DNA from: Vicinamibacterales bacterium
GTDB lineage: Bacteria > Acidobacteriota > Vicinamibacteria > Vicinamibacterales > UBA2999
Length of the DNA: 64,000 nucleotides
Direction: 5' to 3'
Assembly: GCA_965262505.1 (NCBI GenBank)
Contig: CBDHFM010000030.1
Location: 1,803,244-1,867,243 of the forward strand
Shown here piece by piece: positions 19,737 through 30,757 of the stretch (position 1 is its first letter; every line of letters starts with the position of its first letter). The translations under genes and the position numbers were made by a program. Under the pieces are notes generated by a model. It had not been told where the DNA came from, searched no databases, and was given only the letters and a program-made list of their open reading frames with translations.

Positions 19737-20513
19737 ATGAACCTTGAGTTCGGAGCCGCGACTGACCAGGGGCGCGTACGGGCGCAGAACGAGGACAGCT
19801 TCGTCGCCGATGGGGACTTCGGCTTCTTTGCCGTCGTTGACGGCATGGGCGGGCACGTCGGCGGTGCGCTAGCGTCCGCCACGATCGCGGAGGCGGCCAC
19901 GGCGTTCATCCGGGAAACGGCTGCGGATTCGGACAAGACCTGGCCCATCGGCCTCGATCCCAATCTGTCTGGACTGGGGAATCGCCTCCAGGTAGCGGTT
20001 CGCAGCGCCAACCAGACGCTTGGGAGGCGCGCCAAGGGGAATACGGACCTTGAAGGCGGTGGCGCCACGCTGGCGGCGGCGCTCTTCGGCGACGACAAAC
20101 TCGCTGTGTCCAATGTTGGTGATTGTCGGGCGTATCTGCTGCGCGGAGGCCGCCTCACACAGCTCACGCGCGATCATTCCGTGGTGGCCGAACAGGTCGA
20201 GCAGGGACTGATTGATGCGGAGACCGCCCGCACGCATCCGCTTCGCCACATCGTGACCAGAGCCGTCTCCGGCCAGGCCGGGATGACGGTCGACACGCTC
20301 GAGATGGGGGTCGAGCCCCGTGACCGGCTGATCCTGTGCTCGGACGGCATTCACGGCGTTCTGACCGACAGCGAACTCACGGCGCTCGTCTCGCCGAATG
20401 GACAGTCCCTCGACACAGCCTGCCGCACCGTCATCGACGAAGCGAACGCCCGTGGCGGCCCAGACAACGCAACCGCGATTGTGGTCGAGGTTGTTGAGCG
20501 CGATGCGTCCTAG
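19737..20513 (+). CDS. PP2C-type Ser/Thr protein phosphatase
   Basis: GRVRAQNEDS, VDGMGGH, NVGDCRAY, LTRDHS, LCSDG and GGPDNAT. Confidence 0.95.
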   Translation: MNLEFGAATDQGRVRAQNEDSFVADGDFGFFAVVDGMGGHVGGALASATIAEAATAFIRETAADSDKTWPIGLDPNLSGLGNRLQVAVRSANQTLGRRAKGNTDLEGGGATLAAALFGDDKLAVSNVGDCRAYLLRGGRLTQLTRDHSVVAEQVEQGLIDAETARTHPLRHIVTRAVSGQAGMTVDTLEMGVEPRDRLILCSDGIHGVLTDSELTALVSPNGQSLDTACRTVIDEANARGGPDNATAIVVEVVERDAS

Positions 20514-20535
20514 CTAATTCCCGATACAAAGCTTC

Positions 20536-23175
20536 GTGGCTAGCATCCCTTCGCGAATCGGGAACTTCGAGGTCCTCAGCCAGATCGGGTCTGGGGGGAT
20601 GGGCGCGGTCTATCTCGGCCGCGATCCGGAGTTAGGCCGCCAGGTAGCGATCAAGGTGATTCGCGAGGAGGTCCGAGACCAGGAAGTTCTTGAGCGGTTC
20701 TTCCGCGAGGCTCGAGCGGCCGCCGCGCTGCGTCACCCGAACATCATCACCGTCTACGCCAGCGGCCAGCACGAGCACCAGCCGTACATGGTCATGGAGT
20801 ACGTCGAGGGCGATTCGCTGGGGGACATCATCCGGACGCGGCGGACCCTGACCCTGGCCGACAAGATCTCGTACATCGAACAGATCTGCGCCGGCCTCCA
20901 CTTCGCCCATCGCGCGGGGATCGTCCACCGGGACGTCAAACCGGCCAACATCATGGTCGATCAGGAAGGCGTTGTTCGGATTCTCGACTTCGGCATCGCC
21001 CGCGTCGAAGGGTCCGCGATGACGCAGGACGGCTCATTGATGGGATCGCTGAACTACATGTCCCCGGAGCAGATGCTCGGACACCCGATCGATCATCGGA
21101 GCGATATTTTTTCGGTTGGCTCGGTGGCCTACGAGTTGCTGTGCTACCAGCAGGCGTTCAAGGGGGGGCTCACTGACGGACTCCTGCAGCGGCTGCCGCA
21201 CGAGGACCCGCCCCTATTGGCCCAGCTCTATCCCGGGTTGCCGCCCGCGCTCGATCGGGCCGTCATGCGGGCCCTGGAGAAGGAGCCGGACAAGCGGTTT
21301 CAGGATTTGGCGGAAATGCGCAGCGCGATCGTCGGTGGCGGCGCTGGCGGGCACGCCGATCCGCAGCCTGAGGATGACCGCACTATGGTGATTCCGCGGC
21401 CGGGAGCACCGCAACCTGAGCAGGCCATCAACCTCGTCACCGGCCCGGAGCGATTCGCCCAGACAACGGCCGCGCCTGCGCCGCACCTTCCTGCTCCCGA
21501 CCCGACTTCTGCCCCTGCTCTTACTCCCGCGCCGCCCCCGCAGGCGCTGCAACTGAAGAAGGAGGCCGCAGGCAGCGGGAGACCTCTCTCGGGCGGCGAG
21601 AAACCCGCCGCCCCGTCCGTGCCGCCGCGCGCGGCCGTCGTCGGGCCGCCGCCACCGCAGACAGCGCCGCGCGCGTCTTCTCGGAAACGGACCATGGTTA
21701 TTGGCTCCGCTGTGGGCGCCCTGGTTCTCGTCGCGGCAATCGCAATCATTGGGCGGCCTCCGCCGCCGAGCGATCTGGAACGGGAGCGCCCTGGAATCGA
21801 GGAGACCATGGGACGTTTTCGGGTCGCCTATCGGAACCGGAACCTGGAGGGCGTGATGGGCGTGTTTCCGACGCTGCCGGGCGAGACCAGGCAGGCGATG
21901 CAGCGCTCGTTCGACGACTGTCTCGTCTACGAAGTGACGTTCGCCGATATGCAGGTGGAGTTGGATCCGACCGACGCCACACTAAAGCGCTTTTCAAATA
22001 GGCCTTGTACTACCTGGGGCGGTCGTGGTACTTCTGCGCGCACCGATGCAGGAGGCCCGATGCGTGCCTATTCGATGGATCTGCGAGAGCGGGCGCTCCT
22101 CGACAGCGATGCCGGGATGACGGCGGCCGAGGTGGCGGCGAAGTACCGCGTGAGCGGGTCGTGGGTGCGGCTACTGAAACAGCGGCGGCGCGACACGGGC
22201 GAGGTGGCGCCTCGCGTCCAGCGACATGGACGGCGCGGCATGCTTGAGCCGCACCTACACACCTTGGCCGCGCTGATTGCGGCGCACCCGGATCGCACGC
22301 TGGCTGAGCTGAAGGACGCCCTCGCCACGCCCGCGAGTGTGCCGACGGTCTGGCGCGCCGTGCGGGCCCTCGGCCTGACCGTTAAAAAACACGGTCCGCC
22401 CGTCCGAACACGATCGGCCTGACGTCGCGGCCGCGCGGGTCGCGTGGCACGCGGCGGCGCCGACCTGGGATGTCGCCCACCTCGTGTTTCTGGACGAAAC
22501 CGGCATCACCACCAATCTGCTTCGGCGGTACGGCCGGGCACCGCGCGGCGCGCGCGTCCACGACCACGCCCCCTGCGGGCGCTGGCAGACCAGCACGTTT
22601 CTCGCCGCGTTGCGGGTCACGGGGCTGACCGCACCGGGGGTCTTCGACGGCGCGATCGATGGCGAGAGCTTCCGCGCCTACATCGAACAGATCCTGGTGC
22701 CGACCCTGCAGCCCGGCGACATCGTCATTGCCGACAATCTCGGGGCCCACAAGGTCGCCGGCATCCAACGCGCCATCCAGGCCGCCGGGGCCACCCTCTG
22801 GTACTTGCCACCCTACAGCCCGGACCTCAATCCCATCGAGCTCTGCTTCGCGAAGCTCAAGGCCCTCGTTCGCACCGCTCGCTGTCGCAGCACCGAGACG
22901 CTCTGGCCGTTCCTCGGCGAGTGCTTGGCGCACTTCAGCCCTGACGAATGCCGCAACTATGTTCGGCACTGCGGGTACGCGGCCGCCACACGGTCATGAA
23001 AAGCGCTTTAGCCCAGGTCGATGTCAGCAGCACGCATATCTGCACGCCGAACTCCGGAGGCCTACAAATCACGACCGCTCAGCGCGACGTCTTTACCCTG
23101 CGCAGGAGCGGCGACGGCTGGCTCATCGACAGCAGCGTCCAGGCGCCCGACGCGTCAGCCGACCGGACGCAGTAG
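20536..23175 (+). pseudogene. Membrane Ser/Thr protein kinase interrupted by IS630 copy 2 in its extracytoplasmic domain
   Basis: GSGGMGAVY, VAIK, HRDVKPAN, DFG and YMSPE motifs, Pro-rich linker, TM helix; removing 21985..23010 restores DPTDATL-AQVDVSS...RTQ* in frame. Confidence 0.9.
21985..23008 (+). mobile_element. IS630-family element, copy 2 (1024 bp)
   Basis: Same TIRs and TA duplication in CTAG; orfA 22060..22422, orfB to 22999. Confidence 0.95.
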
Positions 23176-24652
23176 GTCCGCCTTCACCGGCACGGCCTCC
23201 CGCTCCTGACGGAGCGCAGAGAACTCCTCCTCGACCGCATCAAACAGCTCGACCGCGGCCGGATCGAACTGCGCGCCGCTGTCGGCCCGTAGGCGTCGCG
23301 CGGCCTCCTCCTCCGGCAGTGCCTCCCGGTAGGGGCGTGCCGAGGTCATCGCATCGTAGCTGTCGGCCACCGCCATGATCCGCGCGTGCGGATGGATATC
23401 GGTGCCACCCAGCCGATCCGGATACCCCTTGCCGTCCCACCGCTCGTGATGGCCGCGCACCGCCGGGAGCGAGGCGCCCAGAAACGGCAGCGGCAGGAGC
23501 ATGTTGTACCCGATGGTGACGTGCGCCTCGATTAACGCGCGCTCGCGTGCGTCGAGACTACCCGGCTTCAACAAATACGGCGTCAGGCACACCGACCTTG
23601 CCGATGTCGTGCAGCAGGCCCCCGCGCCGGAGGGTTTCGACATCAGCTGCGTATTTGCCGCTCTGGCGTGCGAGCACGAGCGTATACGTGGTCACGCGCG
23701 CTGAATGCCCGGCCGTATACGGATCGCGTGCGTCGATCGCCTTGGCGAACGCCTCGAGCGTGGCGCGGAAGTGGCGCTCGCGATCGTCGTACAACTGGGC
23801 CGTCTCCAGCGCGGCCGCCGCGTGACCGGCGAACGCGGCTGCGTACTCCGCGAGATCGGGAGCGAACTGCTCCAAGCCGAGCTTGTCAGCGTAAAGGGCG
23901 CCAATCGGGCCCGACCGGCCGAGGAGCGGCACGCAAATGACCGAGCGTACGCCGGCAACCAGCACGCTGGCCGCGTGCTGCAGCCGCGGATCCAACCGAA
24001 CGTCATGGACAATGAACACATCGCGCGCTTCCATCGCCTGACTCACGACGGTCGAACTGGCAAACTCAGACACCGACGAGTACGCGCCAGAGGGGCGAAC
24101 CGCCCGCGGGACCATCGCGCCCGTTTCGGCGTCGACCAGGAGAATCGCGGCGCGGTCGGGTTTGACGATGGACGACAGACGGTCGAGGACGCGTTCGAGG
24201 AGCACCGGCAGGTCTTCGAACGCCATCATCTCCCGGCTGGTAGCGAGCAGCACTTCCAGCGCAAGCTTGTCGACTTTCGGCGCCTCGCTCATCGCCAGCC
24301 GCCGCAGGACTGTCTGCGACACGACGGGCGCCTCCTCCACGGGCGTCGTCTCGTCGTCGCTACCAACGACGTATTCGACCCGCCCGAAGCTCACAGTGTC
24401 GCCCAGCGTGAGGTATGCGCTCAGCTGTTCGGCGCCGTTGACGAAAATGCCGTTTGTACTCCCGAGGTCGTCGATGCTGAGCTGCCCGTCCTGGTCCACG
24501 GCAATGCGTGCGTGCAGGCGCGACAAACTCGTGTCGTCCACTATCACGTCCGCCTTGCGTCCGCGCCCGACGGTCTTTGACTGGCCGACGTCCAGCCTGA
24601 TGGCGGGCGTGTTCGGCGCGGGAACCTTGGGGTTGAGGCGAAGCCCTGTCAT
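23155..24652 (-). pseudogene. FHA-GAF-HD-GYP phosphodiesterase with a +1 frameshift near 23574 (real or sequencing error)
   Basis: FHA (VGRG, SRLHA, GSTNG), GAF (VICVPL) and HD-GYP (LHDIGK, HHERWDGKGYP, ADSYDAM..RPYR); removing one T from GTATTTGTTG gives VPDAVLLKPG. Confidence 0.88.
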
Positions 24653-24706
24653 GGCCGCAGCCAATATACCTTGAGCAGCCGTCGGATAGAGGCGTAGGTC
24701 ATGGGT

Positions 24707-25729
24707 CTACCGGCGGAAGTACAGGACCTGGAACTCCCGGACGTTGCGATTGTGCTCGGCGAGGGTGCTGGCAAAGGCGTGGGTGCCGTCATTTCGGCTC
24801 ACGAAATAAAGGTAGCCGTCTTGAGAGGGCGTGAGCGCCGCTTCCAGCGACGCCGCTCCTGGCGCGGCAATGGGCCCCGGTGGTAGGCCGGCGTACCGAT
24901 AGGTGTTATACGGGGAGTCGAGCGCCAGATCGTCGCGGCGGATATTGCCGGTGTAGGTGCCCGCCTGGCGCAGGGCGTACACAACCGTCGGGTCGGCCTG
25001 GAGCCGCATGCCGATTCTCAGGCGGTTTCGGTACACGGCGGCGACGATCGGCCGCTCCTCGGGCGTTCCTGTCTCTTCTTCGACGAGTGACGCGAGCGTC
25101 ACCACCTGTCGCATGGTCAGCCCTTGCTCCTCCGCGGCGTGGCGCCACTGGTCTGTATAGATCGCTAGAAAGCGATCGACCATCATGCCGACCAGGCGAG
25201 ACGCCGGGACCGCGCGCGGAAGCGCGTACGTCTCCGGGAAGAGGTACCCTTCGAGATCGACGGCCTGCGCGTCCAGGGCCTGCATGGGCGACGGGTTCGT
25301 GGCGGCTTCGATGAAGTCTGCCGCGGCCCCAAACCCGCGGGACTCGTAAATCCCCGCCATCTCCTGGATCGTGAGCCCTTCCGGAAACGTGATCCTGCGC
25401 GTGTACACGTCTCCCCGCGCGATCCGCTCCACAACGTCGACGGCAGCCAGCGGACGATCGAAGCGGTACTCACCGGCCTGGAGGTCGAGCGCCCGCCCCG
25501 TCCACCAGAGGGCAGCCCTGAACGCGATCTCGTCGCGGATGATGCCGGCGTCCACGAGACGTCGCCGGATGGCCGCGGTTCCCGTGCCCGGCGCGATCAC
25601 AACGAACTGCTCCGCGCCCTCATACCCCTTATACGGGTCGTACAGGCGGCCCCGCAGCGTCATGCCGGCGAATACTGCGCCCACGACGACGACTGCCAGC
25701 GCGATGGCGATAGTGACGTTGCGCATCAC
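24707..25729 (-). CDS. mltG: Endolytic transglycosylase MltG
   Basis: AGEY, ITFPEG, EGYLFPETY, LASLVEEE, LQADPT, SPYNTY..GLPPGPI and YLYFVS. Confidence 0.95.
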   Translation of the reverse strand: MMRNVTIAIALAVVVVGAVFAGMTLRGRLYDPYKGYEGAEQFVVIAPGTGTAAIRRRLVDAGIIRDEIAFRAALWWTGRALDLQAGEYRFDRPLAAVDVVERIARGDVYTRRITFPEGLTIQEMAGIYESRGFGAAADFIEAATNPSPMQALDAQAVDLEGYLFPETYALPRAVPASRLVGMMVDRFLAIYTDQWRHAAEEQGLTMRQVVTLASLVEEETGTPEERPIVAAVYRNRLRIGMRLQADPTVVYALRQAGTYTGNIRRDDLALDSPYNTYRYAGLPPGPIAAPGAASLEAALTPSQDGYLYFVSRNDGTHAFASTLAEHNRNVREFQVLYFRR

Positions 25730-26187
25730 GTTTCGGAATCGGCGGCGAAGGGGGTCGGGCGTCCCGGCCGCACGTCAAGGTAATCCTGGAGGATGATAGC
25801 CGCGGCGGCCGCATCCAGCCGCTTCTTGCGCACGCGCCAATCTTTCTCCGTGACCGCAAGGCGGCTTTCGGCCTCGCGGCTCGTCAGGCGTTCATCCTGC
25901 AGCGTCACCGGGAGACGCGTCAACCGACCCAGCTCCGCCGCGAACGCCGTCACGCGGGCCGTCATGGCGCTCGGCGATCCGTCGAGATGACGGGGCAGGC
26001 CCACCACGATTGATGACACGCCGTCCTCCTCCGAGGCCAGGCGCGCTATTTCCGAGGCGGCGATCCGCGGCGCGTCGCCCCGCGCCGCGGGACACAGCCG
26101 ACCAGCGGGCCGCGCGAGCGTGCAGGTCGCATCGCTGATCGCCACGCCGATCCGCCGCTCGCCAAGGTCGAGGCCGACGATACGCAC
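25726..26187 (-). CDS. ruvX: YqgF/RuvX RNase H-fold nuclease
   Basis: GLDLGERRIGVAISD, IVVGLP, QDERLTS, LDAAAAAIILQDYL. Confidence 0.95.
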   Translation of the reverse strand: MRIVGLDLGERRIGVAISDATCTLARPAGRLCPAARGDAPRIAASEIARLASEEDGVSSIVVGLPRHLDGSPSAMTARVTAFAAELGRLTRLPVTLQDERLTSREAESRLAVTEKDWRVRKKRLDAAAAAIILQDYLDVRPGRPTPFAADSET

Positions 26188-26214
26188 GGTATAATTCTCT
26201 CATCCTTCTACGAC

Positions 26215-27347
26215 ATGACTCCTCGTGCCATCTCGTGCGTCATGGTCGCCGCTCTCAGCGCCGGGCTCGCTGCCCAGACGGTTGACCGCGGCCGTACGGA
26301 AGCCGAAGCGCGTCGAGTCAACGATCGCGCCCGCGCCCTTCAAAGCGAGGCGGATGGCCTGGCCGGCCAGGCACGTACGCTGCTTGGCGACCTCCGAGAA
26401 CTCGAGATCGACCGTGAGCTCCAGATCGAACGGGTACGGCAAGCGGAGGCGGCCGTCGCGCAGGGCCAGGCCGCCGTCGCGAACACCTTCGAACGGCTGG
26501 CGTCGCTCGAAGAGGAGCGCGCCGCCCAACTCCCGGACTTGCAGACGCAACTCGTGGATATCTACAAGCAGGGACGAGCCGGCTACCTCAGATTGTTGTT
26601 CGGGGGGAGCGGCGCCCGCGAGTTCGGCCGCGCGAGTCGGGCTGTCTCGGCGCTGATGAACATCAACCGGCAGCGCATCGCCGAGCACCGCCAGACCCTC
26701 GAGGCGGTACAGCTGGAACGCGAGCGGCTCGACGCCGAGATCCCCGCGCTGCAGGCCAGTGTCGCGGAGGCGCGGCAAGCGCAGGCCGCTGCCGATCGCG
26801 CGCTCGCGGCGCGCTCGTCGCGCAGATCGACGCGCGCCGGGATCTCAACGCCCAGCTCGCGGGCGAGCTGCAAATCGCGTACGAGCAGCTGCAACAGCAG
26901 GTGGCGAACATCGCGGCAGGCCGCCCGGCCGAGTCGGTGGAGGTGCCACTGGCGCCCTTCCGTGGTGCACTCGACTGGCCGGTTGCAGGCCGGATGACGG
27001 TGCTGTTCGGGCAGCCATCCGGGCGCCTGGACAACTCGGCGGCCAGAAACGGGGTCGAAATCGCGGCCCTCGAGGGCAGCGCCGTACACGCGATCCATTC
27101 GGGGACGGTGTCGTTCGCCGATTCCTTCACCGGCTTCGGCAACCTTGTCATCATTGACCACGGCGCCAACGCGTATTCACTGTATGGCTACCTGGGTGCG
27201 GTGTCGGTGGCCCGCGGTGACGCGGTCGACAGCGGGACCGAGATTGCGCGCGTCGGGGCGGCGCCCGTGGGGCCGGCCGCCCTCTACCTGGAAATTCGCG
27301 TCGACGGCCGTTCAGTCGATCCCGTAAAATGGCTGGAGCCGCGCTGA
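26215..27347 (+). pseudogene. envC: EnvC-like murein hydrolase activator (coiled coil + M23 domain) with a frameshift near 26811
   Basis: Signal peptide and coiled coil in one frame; WPVAG, NGVEI, GNLVIIDHG and LYLEIR in another; frames switch inside GCGCGCTCG repeats. Confidence 0.8.
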
Positions 27348-27376
27348 TGCACAGCGTGCAGAACTAGAGGCGATTT

Positions 27377-28543
27377 ATGACATCTCGCAGCCGCACGATC
27401 GTCCTGGCGATATCGGCGCCAATCATCGCTTTCGCGTTCATCGGGGGCTACCTCGGCCAGGCGATGGCGAAGGACGGCACCTACGAGGACCTGCGGATAT
27501 TCGAAGATGTCGTCTCCCTCGTTCTCAAGAACTACGTTGAACCGGTCGACGTCAGCGAGGCCATGGAAGGCGCGATGAAAGGGCTGGCGGATGGCCTGGA
27601 CCCTGAGAGCGCGTACCTGACGCCCGAACTCGTCAGAAGCCGGGAATCCAACGATCCGGGCGGCCCCGCGGAGATCGGACTCGACCTCACGCGGCAGTAT
27701 TACCTCCGCGTCGTCTCCTCCCGTGACGACTCGCCTGCCGCGAAGGCCGGCATCCGTGCCGGGGACTTCATCCGCGCCATCGACAACCGGCCAACCCGCG
27801 ACATGTCCGCCTACGAGGGCGAGCGGTTGCTGCGCGGCGCGGTCGGCACAACCGTAACTCTCCTCGTAATCCGTGGCAATGCCGCGGATCCGCACACGGT
27901 GGATCTCGTGCGCGAAGAGGTAACGGGGTCTGACGTCACGTCACGGATGGCGGATCCGACCACTGGCTACATCCGGGTGCGGCAGTTTTCCGCCGATTCG
28001 GCGTCCCAGATCGAGCAGGCCATCGACGTGATGGCCGGAAGCGGCGCGACCGGGTACATCATCGACCTGCGCGGAACCTCCCGTGGCGATCTGGACGATG
28101 GCGTGGCGGCGGCGCGGCTGTTCGTGAAAGGCGCCACGCTCGCCATCCGCCTCGGCCGCGCTGACGAGCGCGAGCCCATCGCCGGCGAGCCGGCAGACGG
28201 CGCGGTCACGGCGCCGTTGGCGCTGCTCGTCGACAGCGGCACGGCAGGCGCTGCGGAAGTGTTCGCCGCGGCGATCGAAGGAAATGACCGCGCCGATCTC
28301 ATTGGCGCGAACACGCTCGGACTTGCCGCGCGTCAGCGACTGGTGAAGCTGCCGGATCAGAGCGGACTGTGGCTCACGTATCTCCGCTATCTCACGCCCT
28401 CGGGCGATCCCATTCACCAAGAGGGACTCACGCCGGACATTGATGTCGAGCAACCGGAAATCGAATTCGGCGACGAGGCCCCCACACCGGACGAGACGCT
28501 GCAGAGAGCGCTCGAGCATCTCACCGCGCGCAGCGCTGCGTAA
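27377..28543 (+). CDS. ctpA: S41-family carboxy-terminal processing protease (PDZ)
   Basis: DPESAYL, DSPAAKAGIRAGD PDZ, GYIRV, IIDLRG and GLTPDI; the catalytic-Ser region reads GTAGAAEVF, so it may be divergent. Confidence 0.8.
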   Translation: MTSRSRTIVLAISAPIIAFAFIGGYLGQAMAKDGTYEDLRIFEDVVSLVLKNYVEPVDVSEAMEGAMKGLADGLDPESAYLTPELVRSRESNDPGGPAEIGLDLTRQYYLRVVSSRDDSPAAKAGIRAGDFIRAIDNRPTRDMSAYEGERLLRGAVGTTVTLLVIRGNAADPHTVDLVREEVTGSDVTSRMADPTTGYIRVRQFSADSASQIEQAIDVMAGSGATGYIIDLRGTSRGDLDDGVAAARLFVKGATLAIRLGRADEREPIAGEPADGAVTAPLALLVDSGTAGAAEVFAAAIEGNDRADLIGANTLGLAARQRLVKLPDQSGLWLTYLRYLTPSGDPIHQEGLTPDIDVEQPEIEFGDEAPTPDETLQRALEHLTARSAA

Positions 28544-28649
28544 CACCTACGCTACCGGTAGCCCGCGTCTTCTCCCCGTTCCGCCCGCCCTGACGCCCTG
28601 GTGTTTTGTTATACTCGGGGTTCGGTTAAAGCCTGAATTTGCAACAGAT

Positions 28650-28726
28650 AGGCGCGTAGCTCAGTTGGTTAGAGCGCCTCCCTGACACGGAGGAGGTCAG
28701 TGGTTCGAGTCCACCCGCGCCTACCA
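28650..28726 (+). tRNA. tRNA-Val(GAC)
   Basis: Acceptor stem AGGCGCG/CGCGCCT, D-loop AGTTGGTTAGA, anticodon arm CCTCC-CTGACAC-GGAGG, GTTCGAGT T-loop, encoded CCA. Confidence 0.97.
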
Positions 28727-28775
28727 TTTTTGGTCGTTCATCTTTAGTCCTAGAAACTTTCTTCCCGTCATCCCG

Positions 28776-30734
28776 ATGACTGACGTCTCCATCACGCTTC
28801 CGGACGGCTCCAGCCGCGCCGTGCCACCGGGCACGCCGGTCGGTGACGTCGCGGCCGCGATCTCGCCGCGCCTCGCCAAGGCCGCGATGGCCGCAGTGGT
28901 GGACGACCGCCTGGTCGATCTGTCGTTTCCGCTCGAGCACGACGGGAAAGTCAGGGTCGTGACGCCGGACAGCCCGGAAGCGCTGGGTCTCTATAGGCAC
29001 AGCACGGCGCATCTGCTCGCTGCCGCGGTCACGACGCTGTTTCCGGGCGTGCAGTGCGGCATCGGGCCTGCCATCGAAGACGGCTTCTACTACGACTTCG
29101 TCGTGCCCCACCCGTTCGTGCCCGAAGATCTCGAGGCGATCGAGAAGAAGATGCGCGAACTCGCGCAGCAGGATCTCCCCTACGAGCGGCTGATGTGGCC
29201 GCGCGAGGAGGCGAAACAGTTCTTTGGCGACCGCGGCGAGCCGCTCAAGGTGCAGCTGATCGATGAAAAGACGGAAGGCCAGCACGAGGTGTCCTGCTAC
29301 ACGATCAAGGATCGGGATACGTTCGTTGACTTCTGCGCGGGGCCTCACGTGCCGTCGACCGGCAGGCTCAAGGCGTTCAAGCTGCTGAGCACCTCCAATG
29401 CCTACTGGAAGGGCGACGCGCGCAACCAGCCGATGCAGCGGATCTACGGCACGGCCTTCCTCGCCGAGAAAGAGCTGCAGGAGCACCTCCGGCGGCTCGA
29501 GGAAGCGAAGAAGCGTGACCACCGCAGGGTCGGGCGCGACCAGAAGCTGTTCATGTTCCACCCCTGGGCGCCGGGCGCCACGTTCTGGCTCGCCAAGGGA
29601 ACGGTCCTGTACAACACGCTGACTGGCTACATGCGCGAGGTGCTGATCCCGGCGGGCTACGTGGAAGTCAAGACTCCGATCCTGTTCAACAAGTCCCTCT
29701 GGGAGACCTCAGGCCACTGGCAGCACTACCGCGAGAACATGTTTCTTGTCGACAGCGAGGGCGAGCCGCTCGGGCTGAAGGCGATGAACTGCCCGGGGCA
29801 TTTTCTGATGTACGCGAGCGAGGTCCGGAGCTACCGCGATCTACCGCTGCGCCTTCACGAGCAGACGCCGCTGCACCGCAACGAGGCGTCGGGCGTCCTG
29901 TCGGGCCTGACGCGGGTGCGCCAGTTCAGCCAGGACGACGCCCATTGCTTTGTGATGGAGTCGCAGATCGCCGAAGAGGTCGAGCGGCTGTTGCGGCTGG
30001 TGACCCGTGTCTACGGCGACTTCGGCATGAAACCGGAGATGAAGCTCTCGACCCGCCCGCCCGAATTTCTGGGAACGGTCGAGACGTGGAACCGCGCCGA
30101 GGCCGACCTGAAGCGGGCTCTCGACGCTGCCGGCGAGCCGTACACGATTGACGAGGGCGACGGCGCGTTCTACGGTCCCAAGATCGACTTCGACGTGACG
30201 GACGCGATCGGGCGCAAGTGGCAGTGCGCGACGATCCAGCTCGACTACATGCAGGCCAAGCGATTCAACCTGACCTACATCGGCGCGGACAATGCGGAGC
30301 ACCGCCCGGTGATCATCCATCGCGCGATCTTCGGAAGCTTTGAGCGGTTTATCGCCCTTCTGATTGAGCACTTCGCGGGCGCCTGGCCGCTCTGGCTGGC
30401 ACCGGTGCAGACCGTGGTCCTGCCGATTGCCGACCGTCATCTGGCCCGAGCCGGTGCGGTTCGCGACCAGCTGGAGGCGGCAGGACTCCGGGTCGAACTG
30501 GATGAGCGCCAAGAGAAGATTGGCTATAAGATCCGAGAGGCTCAGTTGCAAAAGGTCCCGTACATGCTCGTGATCGGGGACCGGGAAGCGGCAGACGGCA
30601 CAGTGTCGGTCCGGAGCCGCTCGGCGGGCGACGTCGGGACAAGGCCGGTCCACGAGTTCGCCGCGGCGGCCTGCGAGGAGATCAGGACCAAGGCGCTGCT
30701 CCCCGGGGTGCCCGCGGAGAAACAGCCGACGTAG
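28776..30734 (+). CDS. thrS: Threonyl-tRNA synthetase
   Basis: TGS domain, RHSTAHLLA, GFYYDF, CAGPH, RDHRRVG, MNCPGH, RVRQFSQDDAH and IHRAIFGSFERF. Confidence 0.98.
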   Translation: MTDVSITLPDGSSRAVPPGTPVGDVAAAISPRLAKAAMAAVVDDRLVDLSFPLEHDGKVRVVTPDSPEALGLYRHSTAHLLAAAVTTLFPGVQCGIGPAIEDGFYYDFVVPHPFVPEDLEAIEKKMRELAQQDLPYERLMWPREEAKQFFGDRGEPLKVQLIDEKTEGQHEVSCYTIKDRDTFVDFCAGPHVPSTGRLKAFKLLSTSNAYWKGDARNQPMQRIYGTAFLAEKELQEHLRRLEEAKKRDHRRVGRDQKLFMFHPWAPGATFWLAKGTVLYNTLTGYMREVLIPAGYVEVKTPILFNKSLWETSGHWQHYRENMFLVDSEGEPLGLKAMNCPGHFLMYASEVRSYRDLPLRLHEQTPLHRNEASGVLSGLTRVRQFSQDDAHCFVMESQIAEEVERLLRLVTRVYGDFGMKPEMKLSTRPPEFLGTVETWNRAEADLKRALDAAGEPYTIDEGDGAFYGPKIDFDVTDAIGRKWQCATIQLDYMQAKRFNLTYIGADNAEHRPVIIHRAIFGSFERFIALLIEHFAGAWPLWLAPVQTVVLPIADRHLARAGAVRDQLEAAGLRVELDERQEKIGYKIREAQLQKVPYMLVIGDREAADGTVSVRSRSAGDVGTRPVHEFAAAACEEIRTKALLPGVPAEKQPT

Positions 30735-30757
30735 AAGTAGAATTAGGTGCGATAAGC

